Shown here piece by piece: positions 1 through 7,054 of a stretch of DNA of 11,032 bases (the stretch's first letter is position 1; every line of letters begins with the position of its first letter). Under the pieces are notes generated by a model. That model had not been told where the DNA came from and did no database searches. It worked only from the letters and a program-made list of their open reading frames with translations. Both the position numbers and the translations under genes were made by a program. Origin of the DNA: Candidatus Bathyarchaeota archaeon (GTDB lineage: Archaea > Thermoproteota > Bathyarchaeia > Bathyarchaeales > Bathycorpusculaceae); contig CAVTZU010000003.1 in NCBI GenBank assembly GCA_963739305.1, forward strand, positions 1 to 11,032. The letters run 5' to 3'.

Positions 1-2
1 TA

Positions 3-149
3 GACACTATATCGGACTGTCCATGCTTGATGTGCCCGGATGACCCTCGTTGTGATCCTTCGAGCACGGTTTCACCCCAGAACTGTGATAGACTCACAGA
101 GTGGCTTCACGGAATATCCAGCGGTCCGCCTATTGTTGGGGACAGCTAG
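3..149 (+). CDS. 3' end (5'-truncated by window) of an RPC34/TFE-beta-like protein, C-terminal Fe-S cluster domain
   Basis: Frame 3 is open from the window edge: DTISDCPCLMCPDDPRCDPSSTVSPQNCDRLTEWLHGISSGPPIVGDS*, TAG at 147-149. The pattern PC-x2-C-x5-C-x6-SP-x2-C-x3-TEWL matches the C-terminal [4Fe-4S] motif of RPC34/hRPC39 and archaeal TFE-beta. Not in the supplied ORF track. Confidence 0.85.
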   Translation, partial: DTISDCPCLMCPDDPRCDPSSTVSPQNCDRLTEWLHGISSGPPIVGDS

Positions 150-151
150 TT

Positions 152-769
152 TTGCCGAAGGCGTGGCTTCAGGACAGGAAAAGAGATTACTACTACAAAA
201 AGGCAAAGCAGGAAATGTACCGTTCAAGGGCGGCGTACAAGCTTTTTGAAGCCATCAAGAGGTACCACTTCATAGAATACGGCGATGTCGTTGTAGACTT
301 GGGTGCTGCACCGGGCGGTTGGATGCAGGCTGCGCGAAAAACCGTGTGCAAAAAAGGCTTCGTCTTAGGCGTCGACCTCAAAGACATCGAGCCTTTCCAA
401 CAGCCCTACGTTAAGACGATGATATGTGACATAACGGAACCCGGAACGGTGCAGCAAATCTTAGAGATTATTCCTCGGAGGGCTGACGCTGTCATTTCTG
501 ACGCGTCGCCTAACATCTCAGGAGTATGGGAAGTTGACCATGCTCGACAGCTGGAACTGGCTCAGCAATCGCTCGAAATTGCGTTGCAGATCTTGCGGCC
601 TTCGGGCAGTCTTTTCGTTAAGGTTTTTCAAGGCGACATGTTCTCCGACTTCTTGCAGAAGGTGAAGAAGAACTTCATAAACGTTACCGTTGTAAAGCCA
701 AAGGCCAGCAGACCCAAGAGTGCAGAAATCTTCCTTCTGGCAAGGGGTCTAAGGACGCAGGAAGCTTAG
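152..769 (+). CDS. rlmE: 23S rRNA U2552 2'-O-methyltransferase RlmE/RrmJ/FtsJ
   Basis: YRSRAAYKL, SAM motif VVDLGAAPGGW, and K-D-K-E tetrad (AYKL, VISDA, FVKVF, SAEIF). Start re-placed at TTG 152 (MPKAWLQDRKRD), 2 nt after the upstream stop, instead of GTG 101. Confidence 0.95.
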   Translation: MPKAWLQDRKRDYYYKKAKQEMYRSRAAYKLFEAIKRYHFIEYGDVVVDLGAAPGGWMQAARKTVCKKGFVLGVDLKDIEPFQQPYVKTMICDITEPGTVQQILEIIPRRADAVISDASPNISGVWEVDHARQLELAQQSLEIALQILRPSGSLFVKVFQGDMFSDFLQKVKKNFINVTVVKPKASRPKSAEIFLLARGLRTQEA

Positions 770-821
770 ACAGCAGAACATAAATTCTCTCAATGCCTCC
801 TACTGATTGAAGTGTGAAACG

Positions 822-1520
822 TTGAAGGTGATCGCGGCAGACTCCTCAGCGGCTATACTTAATGAAAAGTTTGTCGTATTATCCATTGTGGCAACCGCTT
901 CGGTGCTCGTGGGGCCTCCATACCGAGAGGCCAGCACCTTCCTCGCAGAGCCCATTTTCGTGGACGCTGACAAGGGGCATGAAGTTGTGGTTCATGAAGC
1001 AGAGATGTGTCGAGATCTGCTCGCAAAAACGAAGGCGGATGTCGTTCACTTGGATATGTCTTTAGGCTCCGTTTCTCTTGAGCAGTTGAGCCCTATACAG
1101 TTCTCGGAAATGGGTATCTCTGCAAAAGCTCGTCATCATCTTCTGAGAGTTTTGCCTCGTCTCAGAAAAATCGGCAACGAGATCACGCAGAAGTATGGCA
1201 TTGAGGTGTTGGCGATCGGTAAGGAGAGTGTGCCCGTGAGAATTGCGGAATTGACTTCTGGCGCGCATGCAATCCTGTATGCGTGCGCAAAGGCGTCAAA
1301 GGAGAAGCAAGTTACCTTACTGGGTTTGCCCGCTAGGTGCCAACCCTTAATCGTTGGCAAGGGAGTTTATCTGTATTCGCTGATGCCTGCGGAGCATGAT
1401 GTGAGAGGTTACGCTATGGATACTGAAGAAATTCTGAACAAGGTTAATATTGCAGAGTTTTTAAATCCCTCGGCTAGAGGCTTTCGAGCATTGAAAATAA
1501 ACCCAAAGGAGACAGAGTGA
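822..1520 (+). CDS. DUF4152 / PfuExo I (PF2046)-like RNase H-fold exonuclease
   Basis: Motifs KVIAAD, IVATASVLV, DVVHLD, GIEVLAIGKESVPVRIAE, LLGLP and NP..RGF are collinear with the Pyrococcus Exo I family as recalled. The acidic D/D/E triad is retained. Start is TTG 822 or TTG 807. Confidence 0.8.
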   Translation: MKVIAADSSAAILNEKFVVLSIVATASVLVGPPYREASTFLAEPIFVDADKGHEVVVHEAEMCRDLLAKTKADVVHLDMSLGSVSLEQLSPIQFSEMGISAKARHHLLRVLPRLRKIGNEITQKYGIEVLAIGKESVPVRIAELTSGAHAILYACAKASKEKQVTLLGLPARCQPLIVGKGVYLYSLMPAEHDVRGYAMDTEEILNKVNIAEFLNPSARGFRALKINPKETE

Positions 1521-2063
1521 CTGTCTCTCGCTTTTTGGAGAACAGCTTCATCAAGAAGGAAACGAATCATCACAATCGTGATCTTCTTCCTAATATCGAT
1601 ACTTGTAAGCTGCATAGGCGTACTGACTCCCCTAAGCAAACAAGACGCCGATCAAATCAATTCGGAAGTCGAAAACATACGAAATAACTCAACTGCCCAG
1701 AGCATTCTCGAAAACAACCTGCTCATATGCTTGGCAATGTTCATTCCGATATTCGGACCCATCTTAGGCTTCTACGCCCTCTACAACTCGGGAGTCGCCA
1801 TCGAAGCGCAGGTCATAGCCACTTCGATTGGGATACCGCCGATACTTGCCTTTTTCACGGACTTTGTGCTCCCCGTTATATGGCTGGAGTTCATCGCGTA
1901 CTCCATCGCTTTTGCGGAGAGTTTCTGGCTCATAAGACGTGCCACGCAAGGTTTGTTCAAGAAAGAAATCAAGAATGCTGCCATTCTGATCGCGATATCA
2001 GCATTACTGTTGCTGGCTGGCGCAATCATAGAAATAGCATTAATCAAGGCATTTTACGGCTAG
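1521..2063 (+). CDS. Stage II sporulation protein M (DUF95)-like multi-pass membrane protein
   Basis: About 5 hydrophobic segments, with motifs SILENN, LYNSG, WLEF.AY and GAIIE typical of the SpoIIM family. The frame is open from 1521 (CTG). The first canonical start is GTG 1578, so the start is uncertain. Confidence 0.75.
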   Translation: MSLAFWRTASSRRKRIITIVIFFLISILVSCIGVLTPLSKQDADQINSEVENIRNNSTAQSILENNLLICLAMFIPIFGPILGFYALYNSGVAIEAQVIATSIGIPPILAFFTDFVLPVIWLEFIAYSIAFAESFWLIRRATQGLFKKEIKNAAILIAISALLLLAGAIIEIALIKAFYG

Positions 2064-2078
2064 CCCTCAAGCTCACGA

Positions 2079-2945
2079 TCAAGCCTTCTTCGTTGGCATG
2101 ATTTCAAGGCTCATGTTGAAAGCTCTTGGACTTTGAGTAAGTTCACCCAGGCTTACAAGGTCAACTCCTGTTGCAGCGAATTTCAAGACGTTTTTTGCGT
2201 TGATCCCACCGCTTGCCTCCAAGAAGACTTTTTTATCGTACTTCGCCACTTTCAACGCTTCGAACGCTTTTCGGATTTTTTCCGGAGAAAAATTGTCCAA
2301 CATTATGATGTCTGCCTCGGCTCTTGCTGCGCACAATGCATCCTCAATTGTCGTCACCTCAACCTCAATTTTCTTGCTGAATGAAGCGTAGTTGCGGGCA
2401 GTTTCAACGGCCTTCAGAACGTTTCCGATCACGGCGATATGATTGTCTTTTATCAGGACCATGTCATCCAGATGAAACCTGTGAGGGTCTCCTCCGCCGA
2501 TGTGCACGGCCTTCTTGTCGAAGTACAGTAGACCTGGTGCTGTCTTCCTTGTGCACGCGACTCTTGTTTTGAACTTGGCCTTGTGCAGTTTCGCGACGAG
2601 GTTCCGTGTAGCCGTGGCGATGCCGCTCATGCGTGAAACAACATTGAGCAACGTTCTTTCTGCGGTCAGAATAGTCCGGGTATCTCCTGAAATGCTCAGT
2701 AAAACTTGGTTCTTTCTCACTTCTTGCCCATCTGTCACAGAGGTTTTCACCCGAAGTCCAAGTCCTTCCAGCAGAATCGTGGCTTCCTCGATTCCAGCCA
2801 CGATGCCGGGTTGTCTTGCGATGATTTGAGCCTGCGCCCGTGATGAGGCTTCAATTAGAAGCGATGTTGTCACGTCACCTTGACCAATGTCTTCGGCCAA
2901 CATCTTCAGAAGTTTGGCTTCCAAGATCTTTCGAGGTATGAACAT
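2079..2945 (-). CDS. nadC: Nicotinate-nucleotide pyrophosphorylase (carboxylating), quinolinate phosphoribosyltransferase
   Basis: EDIGQGDVT, ERTLLN..SRMSGIAT, TRKTAPG, HRFHLDDMVLIKDNH, IEVEV, IMLDN and EASGGI motifs. Confidence 0.95.
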   Translation of the reverse strand: MFIPRKILEAKLLKMLAEDIGQGDVTTSLLIEASSRAQAQIIARQPGIVAGIEEATILLEGLGLRVKTSVTDGQEVRKNQVLLSISGDTRTILTAERTLLNVVSRMSGIATATRNLVAKLHKAKFKTRVACTRKTAPGLLYFDKKAVHIGGGDPHRFHLDDMVLIKDNHIAVIGNVLKAVETARNYASFSKKIEVEVTTIEDALCAARAEADIIMLDNFSPEKIRKAFEALKVAKYDKKVFLEASGGINAKNVLKFAATGVDLVSLGELTQSPRAFNMSLEIMPTKKA

Positions 2946-2967
2946 GATTGTAACTTCAGGTCTTCAG

Positions 2968-2974
2968 CTTAAAA
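2968..2974 (-). promoter_or_regulatory. Putative TATA box for nadC (probably a leaderless transcript)
   Basis: Minus-strand TTTTAAG ends about 22 nt upstream of the ATG at 2945. No RBS lies in between. Confidence 0.45.
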
Positions 2975-2990
2975 CGCTTATTGCAGTCTC

Positions 2991-4166
2991 TTATTTGTTA
3001 GCAACTTCAATGATTGTGTTCACCGCGTTTTCCAGTCCGTCATGCTTCGAAGCTTCCTGTTGCACCTCTGCAGCTTTCTCAACCATCCTGCTGCTCAGGG
3101 TCTCTTTGACTTCTGCAAGGAGTTTCTCTCTGCTTAGGCGGTCTTGAAGAGCGATTCTTGCGACGCCGATGTCCCCTGCCTGTTTTGCGTTGTTGATTTG
3201 TTCGGTGTGTCCAGGAGTCGGTATGAGTATCATGGGTTTGCCGTAGCACATACATTGAGTTATCGTTCCATGTCCAGCGCGACCGATCGCGAGGTCGCAT
3301 GCTTTGAGATACTCGAAACGGTTCGGCACCCACTTATAGATGGTCACGTTTCCATGGCGTATAGGTTTGTCGTCGGCGCCAGGGTACCCGTAGGACATCA
3401 CGATTTCGTAATCATCTGGAAATTCAAGCAGGATCTTTCTCAGGACACCTGTGACGAAGGCTTTTTCAGAGGTTGGTCCGCTCAGGGGCGCAAAAATAAC
3501 TGGCTTGTCAACTGGCAGACCCAGTTTCTTGACTAGCTCCTGCTTCGTGGGCAAATCGCCTGGTCTAGTGGGAAGTATGGGGCCAATGAGCCTTACGTTC
3601 TTGCGGTAGGACCTTGGGATGGTGAGGTTGCCGATTGAAATCGTGTACGGCGGGGGAAAATCGGGAATAAGAACCGCGTTTACGCTCGTCCAGATTTTGC
3701 CGATCAATGTGAGCGTGACCACGTCTGCAAACCTTGCCAACCTTAGGTTGTGTGTTCTCCTAGGTACTAGCGGTTGAAACTGATTCAACATGCAAATCCT
3801 GGGGATCCTCAGCAACCTTGCGGCCAGCAGCGATGATGCACGAGAATCTGAGACAACAACGTCTGGTCCGTAGCCCTGTATCGCTGACACTTCAGCGTCT
3901 ATTTGTTTTAGGAGCATGAAAGAGGCCAGAAAGGGTCCAGGGTTGATTGCGGTCTGTCGGAAGTCGATGCTTCCGTCAAGCTTGACCTGAAAACCGACCG
4001 GAGGGGATTCTATCAACGGAAACCTTTCGCGTTTGACGTAGTCTACTCCTTCGCTGTAGGTTGAAAAGACCAATTCAGCTCCCTTTTCGGAGAGTTTTCT
4101 TGCAACAGGTACAACTCGCCCGACGTGTCCCAAGCCGATTCCGCATGGAGCGAAGTAGATCTTCAT
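2991..4166 (-). CDS. GT-B fold glycosyltransferase, MurG/GT28-like (MJ1255-type)
   Basis: N-terminal GIGLGHVGR, PDVVVSD, and C-terminal ACDLAIGRAGHGTI..GKPMILIP...EQ.NNA nucleotide-sugar binding motifs. Confidence 0.85.
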   Translation of the reverse strand: MKIYFAPCGIGLGHVGRVVPVARKLSEKGAELVFSTYSEGVDYVKRERFPLIESPPVGFQVKLDGSIDFRQTAINPGPFLASFMLLKQIDAEVSAIQGYGPDVVVSDSRASSLLAARLLRIPRICMLNQFQPLVPRRTHNLRLARFADVVTLTLIGKIWTSVNAVLIPDFPPPYTISIGNLTIPRSYRKNVRLIGPILPTRPGDLPTKQELVKKLGLPVDKPVIFAPLSGPTSEKAFVTGVLRKILLEFPDDYEIVMSYGYPGADDKPIRHGNVTIYKWVPNRFEYLKACDLAIGRAGHGTITQCMCYGKPMILIPTPGHTEQINNAKQAGDIGVARIALQDRLSREKLLAEVKETLSSRMVEKAAEVQQEASKHDGLENAVNTIIEVANK

Positions 4167-4381
4167 CAGCTGGTTCCCACCGAGAGAGCGAAGCTCTGGC
4201 TGATTGGGCGGTTTTTATCCGCGGCTTGCCCTAGAAAATCGTTGAAAACGGGAAACTCCAGCTTCTGCATTAGAGGCAAATGAACTCCGAGCGATTCTTA
4301 ACTTTTTTGGAATGTTAAGGAGAACTTAAGAAAACAATTAAGTCGGATAAGCCGAGTATGGATTGAATTGGAGGATGCGGT

Positions 4382-4711
4382 ATGGCAAAGCAAGAGAAAG
4401 CAGTCACGAAGGACATGCTGGTTGGACTGCGGGTTGTTGACTCAGATGGCAAAGCTGTTGGAAAGGTCAGAGACGTTGCTTTCGTCATCGGGAAGATGGG
4501 GCTGTCGTTGTATGTTGAGGGAAAGAAGGGCGATAGCCGTAATGTAAGTTGGGCTGAGGTTCAAGCAATTGGCGACTTCGTAGTCCTGAAGCCACCAGAA
4601 GCTCAGCAACCTCAAGCCACTGTGCAGGCGTGCCCTACGTGTGGTGGACCATTGAGATACATTACGCAGTACCAGAGATGGTGGTGTGACAGAGACAAGA
4701 AATACGTGTAG
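4382..4711 (+). CDS. PRC-barrel domain protein with C-terminal zinc-ribbon-like module
   Basis: LVGLRVVDSDGKAVGKVRDV...VSW..VQAIGDFVVL is a PRC-barrel signature, followed by a Q/P linker and CPTC-x13-WCDRD. GGAGG RBS at 4371-4375. Confidence 0.85.
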   Translation: MAKQEKAVTKDMLVGLRVVDSDGKAVGKVRDVAFVIGKMGLSLYVEGKKGDSRNVSWAEVQAIGDFVVLKPPEAQQPQATVQACPTCGGPLRYITQYQRWWCDRDKKYV

Positions 4712-4722
4712 CGCGCGCTGGG
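4711..4722 (+). repeat. GCGCGCGCTG(G/A)G motif, left copy
   Basis: GCGCGCGCTGGG begins at the last base of the PRC-barrel stop codon. It matches 8415-8426 at 11/12 positions. Confidence 0.5.
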
Positions 4723-4741
4723 CAGAGCATTCTATCATTAT

Positions 4742-5094
4742 CTAGCGAGCAATTGTGGATAGGCCGATAGCTACGGATAGGATCATGAGAACGGCTCCAA
4801 TTATCATCAGGATGACTCCCTCTGACACCTGCTTCGGCCTTTGGTCTTCCAGGTATTCTCTGTAGAATTCAGGGTCAGCGATTGTATTTTTCATGTCAAC
4901 AGTTCTAGGGTTTCCCATCCCTGCAGCGACGTACGCACCAAAAGCGAAGATCAGTATTCCCTCCACAAACAGTACATCCACGAAAAGCGCATGCAAATAC
5001 AGGGCTAGAAGAAAGTCTAGTATGCAGAGCGCAGCATAAACACTGAGATTTTCTTCCAAGAACCGAAGGTTAAACTTGCGCTTTTATTTTCCAT
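4742..5094 (-). CDS. Small 3-TM membrane protein, probably with a 1-nt frameshift near the 5' end
   Basis: ORF 4742-5059 has three hydrophobic segments. ATG 5094 (MENK) joins the upstream in-frame KRKFNLRF if one A is added to the A4 run near 5085-5082. Confidence 0.6.
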
Positions 5095-5123
5095 CTTAAG
5101 CTAGATGCTCTATCACCGAGATA

Positions 5124-5153
5124 TATCGCTATCGTTCAGTTGAGCTAGCGATA
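5124..5153. repeat. Inverted repeat / hairpin
   Basis: TATCGCTA (5124-5131) and TAGCGATA (5146-5153) are perfect 8-bp arms, with inner GTTC/GAGC pairing. It overlaps a TATA-like GATATATC at 5120-5127. Confidence 0.55.
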
Positions 5154-5264
5154 AGCGCGCTGAGTGAGGATACGTGCGAGAGAGTAAGACCGCGTTTGAG
5201 AGCGAAAGCATGCGGGTATGGGTTTGGGATAAGGCTTCAGCCCGACACACACTTTCAGCGTGCT
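5154..5264. repeat. 111-bp noncoding element with terminal inverted repeats
   Basis: AGCGCGCTGA (5154-5163) versus TCAGCGTGCT (5255-5264), 9/10 complementary. Confidence 0.4.
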
Positions 5265-5327
5265 AGATGGTTGGTTCAATCGATATGTTCATCAAGTCTA
5301 GGAGACAGTCTTTAGGGAACTTCGGAA

Positions 5328-5567
5328 ATGCCATCTAGTGATCATATGAACGCAATGCAAGCTTTCGTCGCACTTTCCACTTTGTTCATCCTAGTTTTGT
5401 ACGAGTTTGTTGTCGCATATTTATTGGTCGCCAATTTTCCGCGTACAGGATCTTGGAACGAGACTTCGGCACCTCTGATAATAATCGGCTTTGTGCTTTT
5501 GGGTTTGTTCGGCATGGTGGCAATACTGATAGCAGCGCGGATAGCATACAAAAGATTGGATGAATAG
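5328..5567 (+). CDS. Hypothetical 2-TM membrane protein
   Basis: 79 aa with two clear hydrophobic helices and a basic C-terminus. Start may be 5328 or 5346. Confidence 0.6.
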   Translation: MPSSDHMNAMQAFVALSTLFILVLYEFVVAYLLVANFPRTGSWNETSAPLIIIGFVLLGLFGMVAILIAARIAYKRLDE

Positions 5568-5735
5568 AATAGTATTGAAGAGCGCGCGATACAGGTGTCT
5601 TTGAGTTCTCGGTTGGGAGAAGTGGGTTTAGTGTGCGTCTATAGTTGCTTCTTGTTGTGCGCGTGTTTGGGAGTAAAGTTTTATCCGAAACCCAAAAATT
5701 ATTACGTCTGCAGTAGAAGAGTCATAGGGGTTAAC

Positions 5736-6371
5736 ATGTCAAATCACGTTATAAGCGTGATTGAACACCAGACACGGGATAAGTCACGATTGAACAGAGT
5801 CTTTCGAATAAGCCTCAAACAGCTTCTCGTCTTGATTCTGGTTATCGCAGTAGTTTTTGCGTCATTTGCGTGGGCATCTGACAGAATTGGAGCTCATAAG
5901 CGTTGGGCTTCGATGATAGAGATGTCGCAGCGTTTCCGAGTTCACTTCACTGAGGTTTACCTGCGTCTGTATAGCCTGACGGAAAACGAGACCATGGATC
6001 CCCTTTCACATGAGATTTTCTCGAATGAGATAAGTTATGCGTCGTGGACGATGAACCAATTGGTCAGTTTGGATAGTGCACATGCAAGTGAACTCTTCAG
6101 AATTGAAGATTTAATCATGACTTTACAGGAGTCGGGGACAAGTGGGTTACAATTACAGCTGAGGGACTCTCAGTTTCAGAACTTGAGCGACACTCTTCAC
6201 GCTATTGCAGAGAACCTTCCTCTAGCATATTGGAACCCTCTCAACACCACAAGTATAAACAGCGAGACTGGACCTCCGTTCTGGTATTTCGGGCCCTCAC
6301 CACCCGACGAAGCTTTGTTGCAGCAAATAGCCACCCTCGCCATCCAAGCAAAAGCAATAATCGGTCCATAG
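5736..6371 (+). CDS. Hypothetical membrane-anchored helical protein
   Basis: ATG 5736 is preceded by AGGGG. Basic N-terminus, single TM (LLVLILVIAVVFASFAW), NxT/S sequons and a C-terminal PFWYFGPSPPDE. The ORF-track extension to 5595 looks noncoding. Confidence 0.7.
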   Translation: MSNHVISVIEHQTRDKSRLNRVFRISLKQLLVLILVIAVVFASFAWASDRIGAHKRWASMIEMSQRFRVHFTEVYLRLYSLTENETMDPLSHEIFSNEISYASWTMNQLVSLDSAHASELFRIEDLIMTLQESGTSGLQLQLRDSQFQNLSDTLHAIAENLPLAYWNPLNTTSINSETGPPFWYFGPSPPDEALLQQIATLAIQAKAIIGP

Positions 6372-6384
6372 CTTGAGACAAAAC

Positions 6385-6448
6385 ATTGCCCAACCAACTT
6401 CGAAAGACGGGCGCACACGCTATGCACGCTTTGGAAGCGTTCGGCAAT
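6385..6448. repeat. attC-like imperfect inverted repeat
   Basis: ATTGCCCAAC ... CTTCGAAAG ... CTTTGGAAG C GTTCGGCAAT. It has RYYYAAC (6388-6394) and GTT-type (6439-6445) ends. The inverted repeat itself is plain in the sequence, but the attC role is not. Confidence 0.4.
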
Positions 6449-6537
6449 CTCGAACAGTCTGCTTCAGAGAATAACATTAAATCGTCTCGCAACAACTACA
6501 ACTGTTGGGGCACGGGTCTAGGCGACCTCATTTGTCC

Positions 6538-6987
6538 ATGACCAATGAAGACAAAGAAGAGATTTCAGGAAACACCCTGCGTGTCTACTGGTACATCCTC
6601 AAGAAAAGAGAGAACTGCGGTGTTAGGGAAGTTCAAAGAGCCCTTGGCTTTTCTAGCTCAAGCAGTGCTCACTACCATCTTGAGAAACTCGCTGACAAGG
6701 GTTTTCTAATCAAGGACAAGTATGGAAGCTATCAAGTGAACACCAAAGTGAAAACAGGAAGCATCAGCCCCTTCATCCTCGTTCACGGCTTCATATTTCC
6801 AAGACAGCTGTTTTACGCCCTTGCGACGACTGTCATGAACGTTTTCTTCCTATCGTTTTTCTGGGGGTTTGTGACCTTGATAGTCGTTCTCGCCTTGACT
6901 CCTGGAATCTTGGCTTGCATAATCTTTTGGTATGAAACAGTGAAGTTGTGGCTGAGTCTCCCGTCTTTCGAGGAGGGTGTTCGATAA
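6538..6987 (+). CDS. Membrane-anchored winged-HTH transcriptional regulator (N-terminal wHTH plus 2 TM)
   Basis: GNTLRVYWYIL...GVREVQRALGFSSSSSAHYHLEKL..KGFLIKD..GSY is an ArsR-like wHTH, followed by two hydrophobic helices. Start taken at ATG 6538. Confidence 0.85.
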   Translation: MTNEDKEEISGNTLRVYWYILKKRENCGVREVQRALGFSSSSSAHYHLEKLADKGFLIKDKYGSYQVNTKVKTGSISPFILVHGFIFPRQLFYALATTVMNVFFLSFFWGFVTLIVVLALTPGILACIIFWYETVKLWLSLPSFEEGVR

Positions 6988-6990
6988 GTT

Positions 6991-7028
6991 TTGATGACTG
7001 TTCGAATCTATAGATTGAAAGGCATCAA
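6991..7028. promoter_or_regulatory. Palindromic element upstream of the secreted-protein gene (candidate operator or terminator)
   Basis: Perfect palindrome AATCTATAGATT (7005-7016), extended by TTC/GAA and TTGATG/CATCAA arms. Confidence 0.5.
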
Positions 7029-7054
7029 TTAGAATTTGATTCATGGTTATCAGA

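Noticed and set aside
40-249. 69-aa ORF and the GTG 101 extension of rlmE
   Set aside because: Both overlap the frame-3 RPC34-like ORF or rlmE and show no recognisable motif.
1518-1520. Selenocysteine recoding of the in-frame TGA
   Set aside because: The exonuclease family ends at this point, the context is not redox-like and no SECIS-like element was recognised.
2133-3536. Plus-strand ORFs antisense to nadC and the glycosyltransferase, and similar shadow ORFs elsewhere
   Set aside because: They overlap well-supported genes and lack motifs or translation signals.
5595-5735. N-terminal extension of the 258-aa ORF
   Set aside because: Cys/Val-rich translation of a GT-rich spacer. ATG 5736 has a better RBS-like context.
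6991-7042. Box C/D sRNA (TGATGA at 6992-6997)
   Set aside because: No CTGA box D downstream within the spacer.
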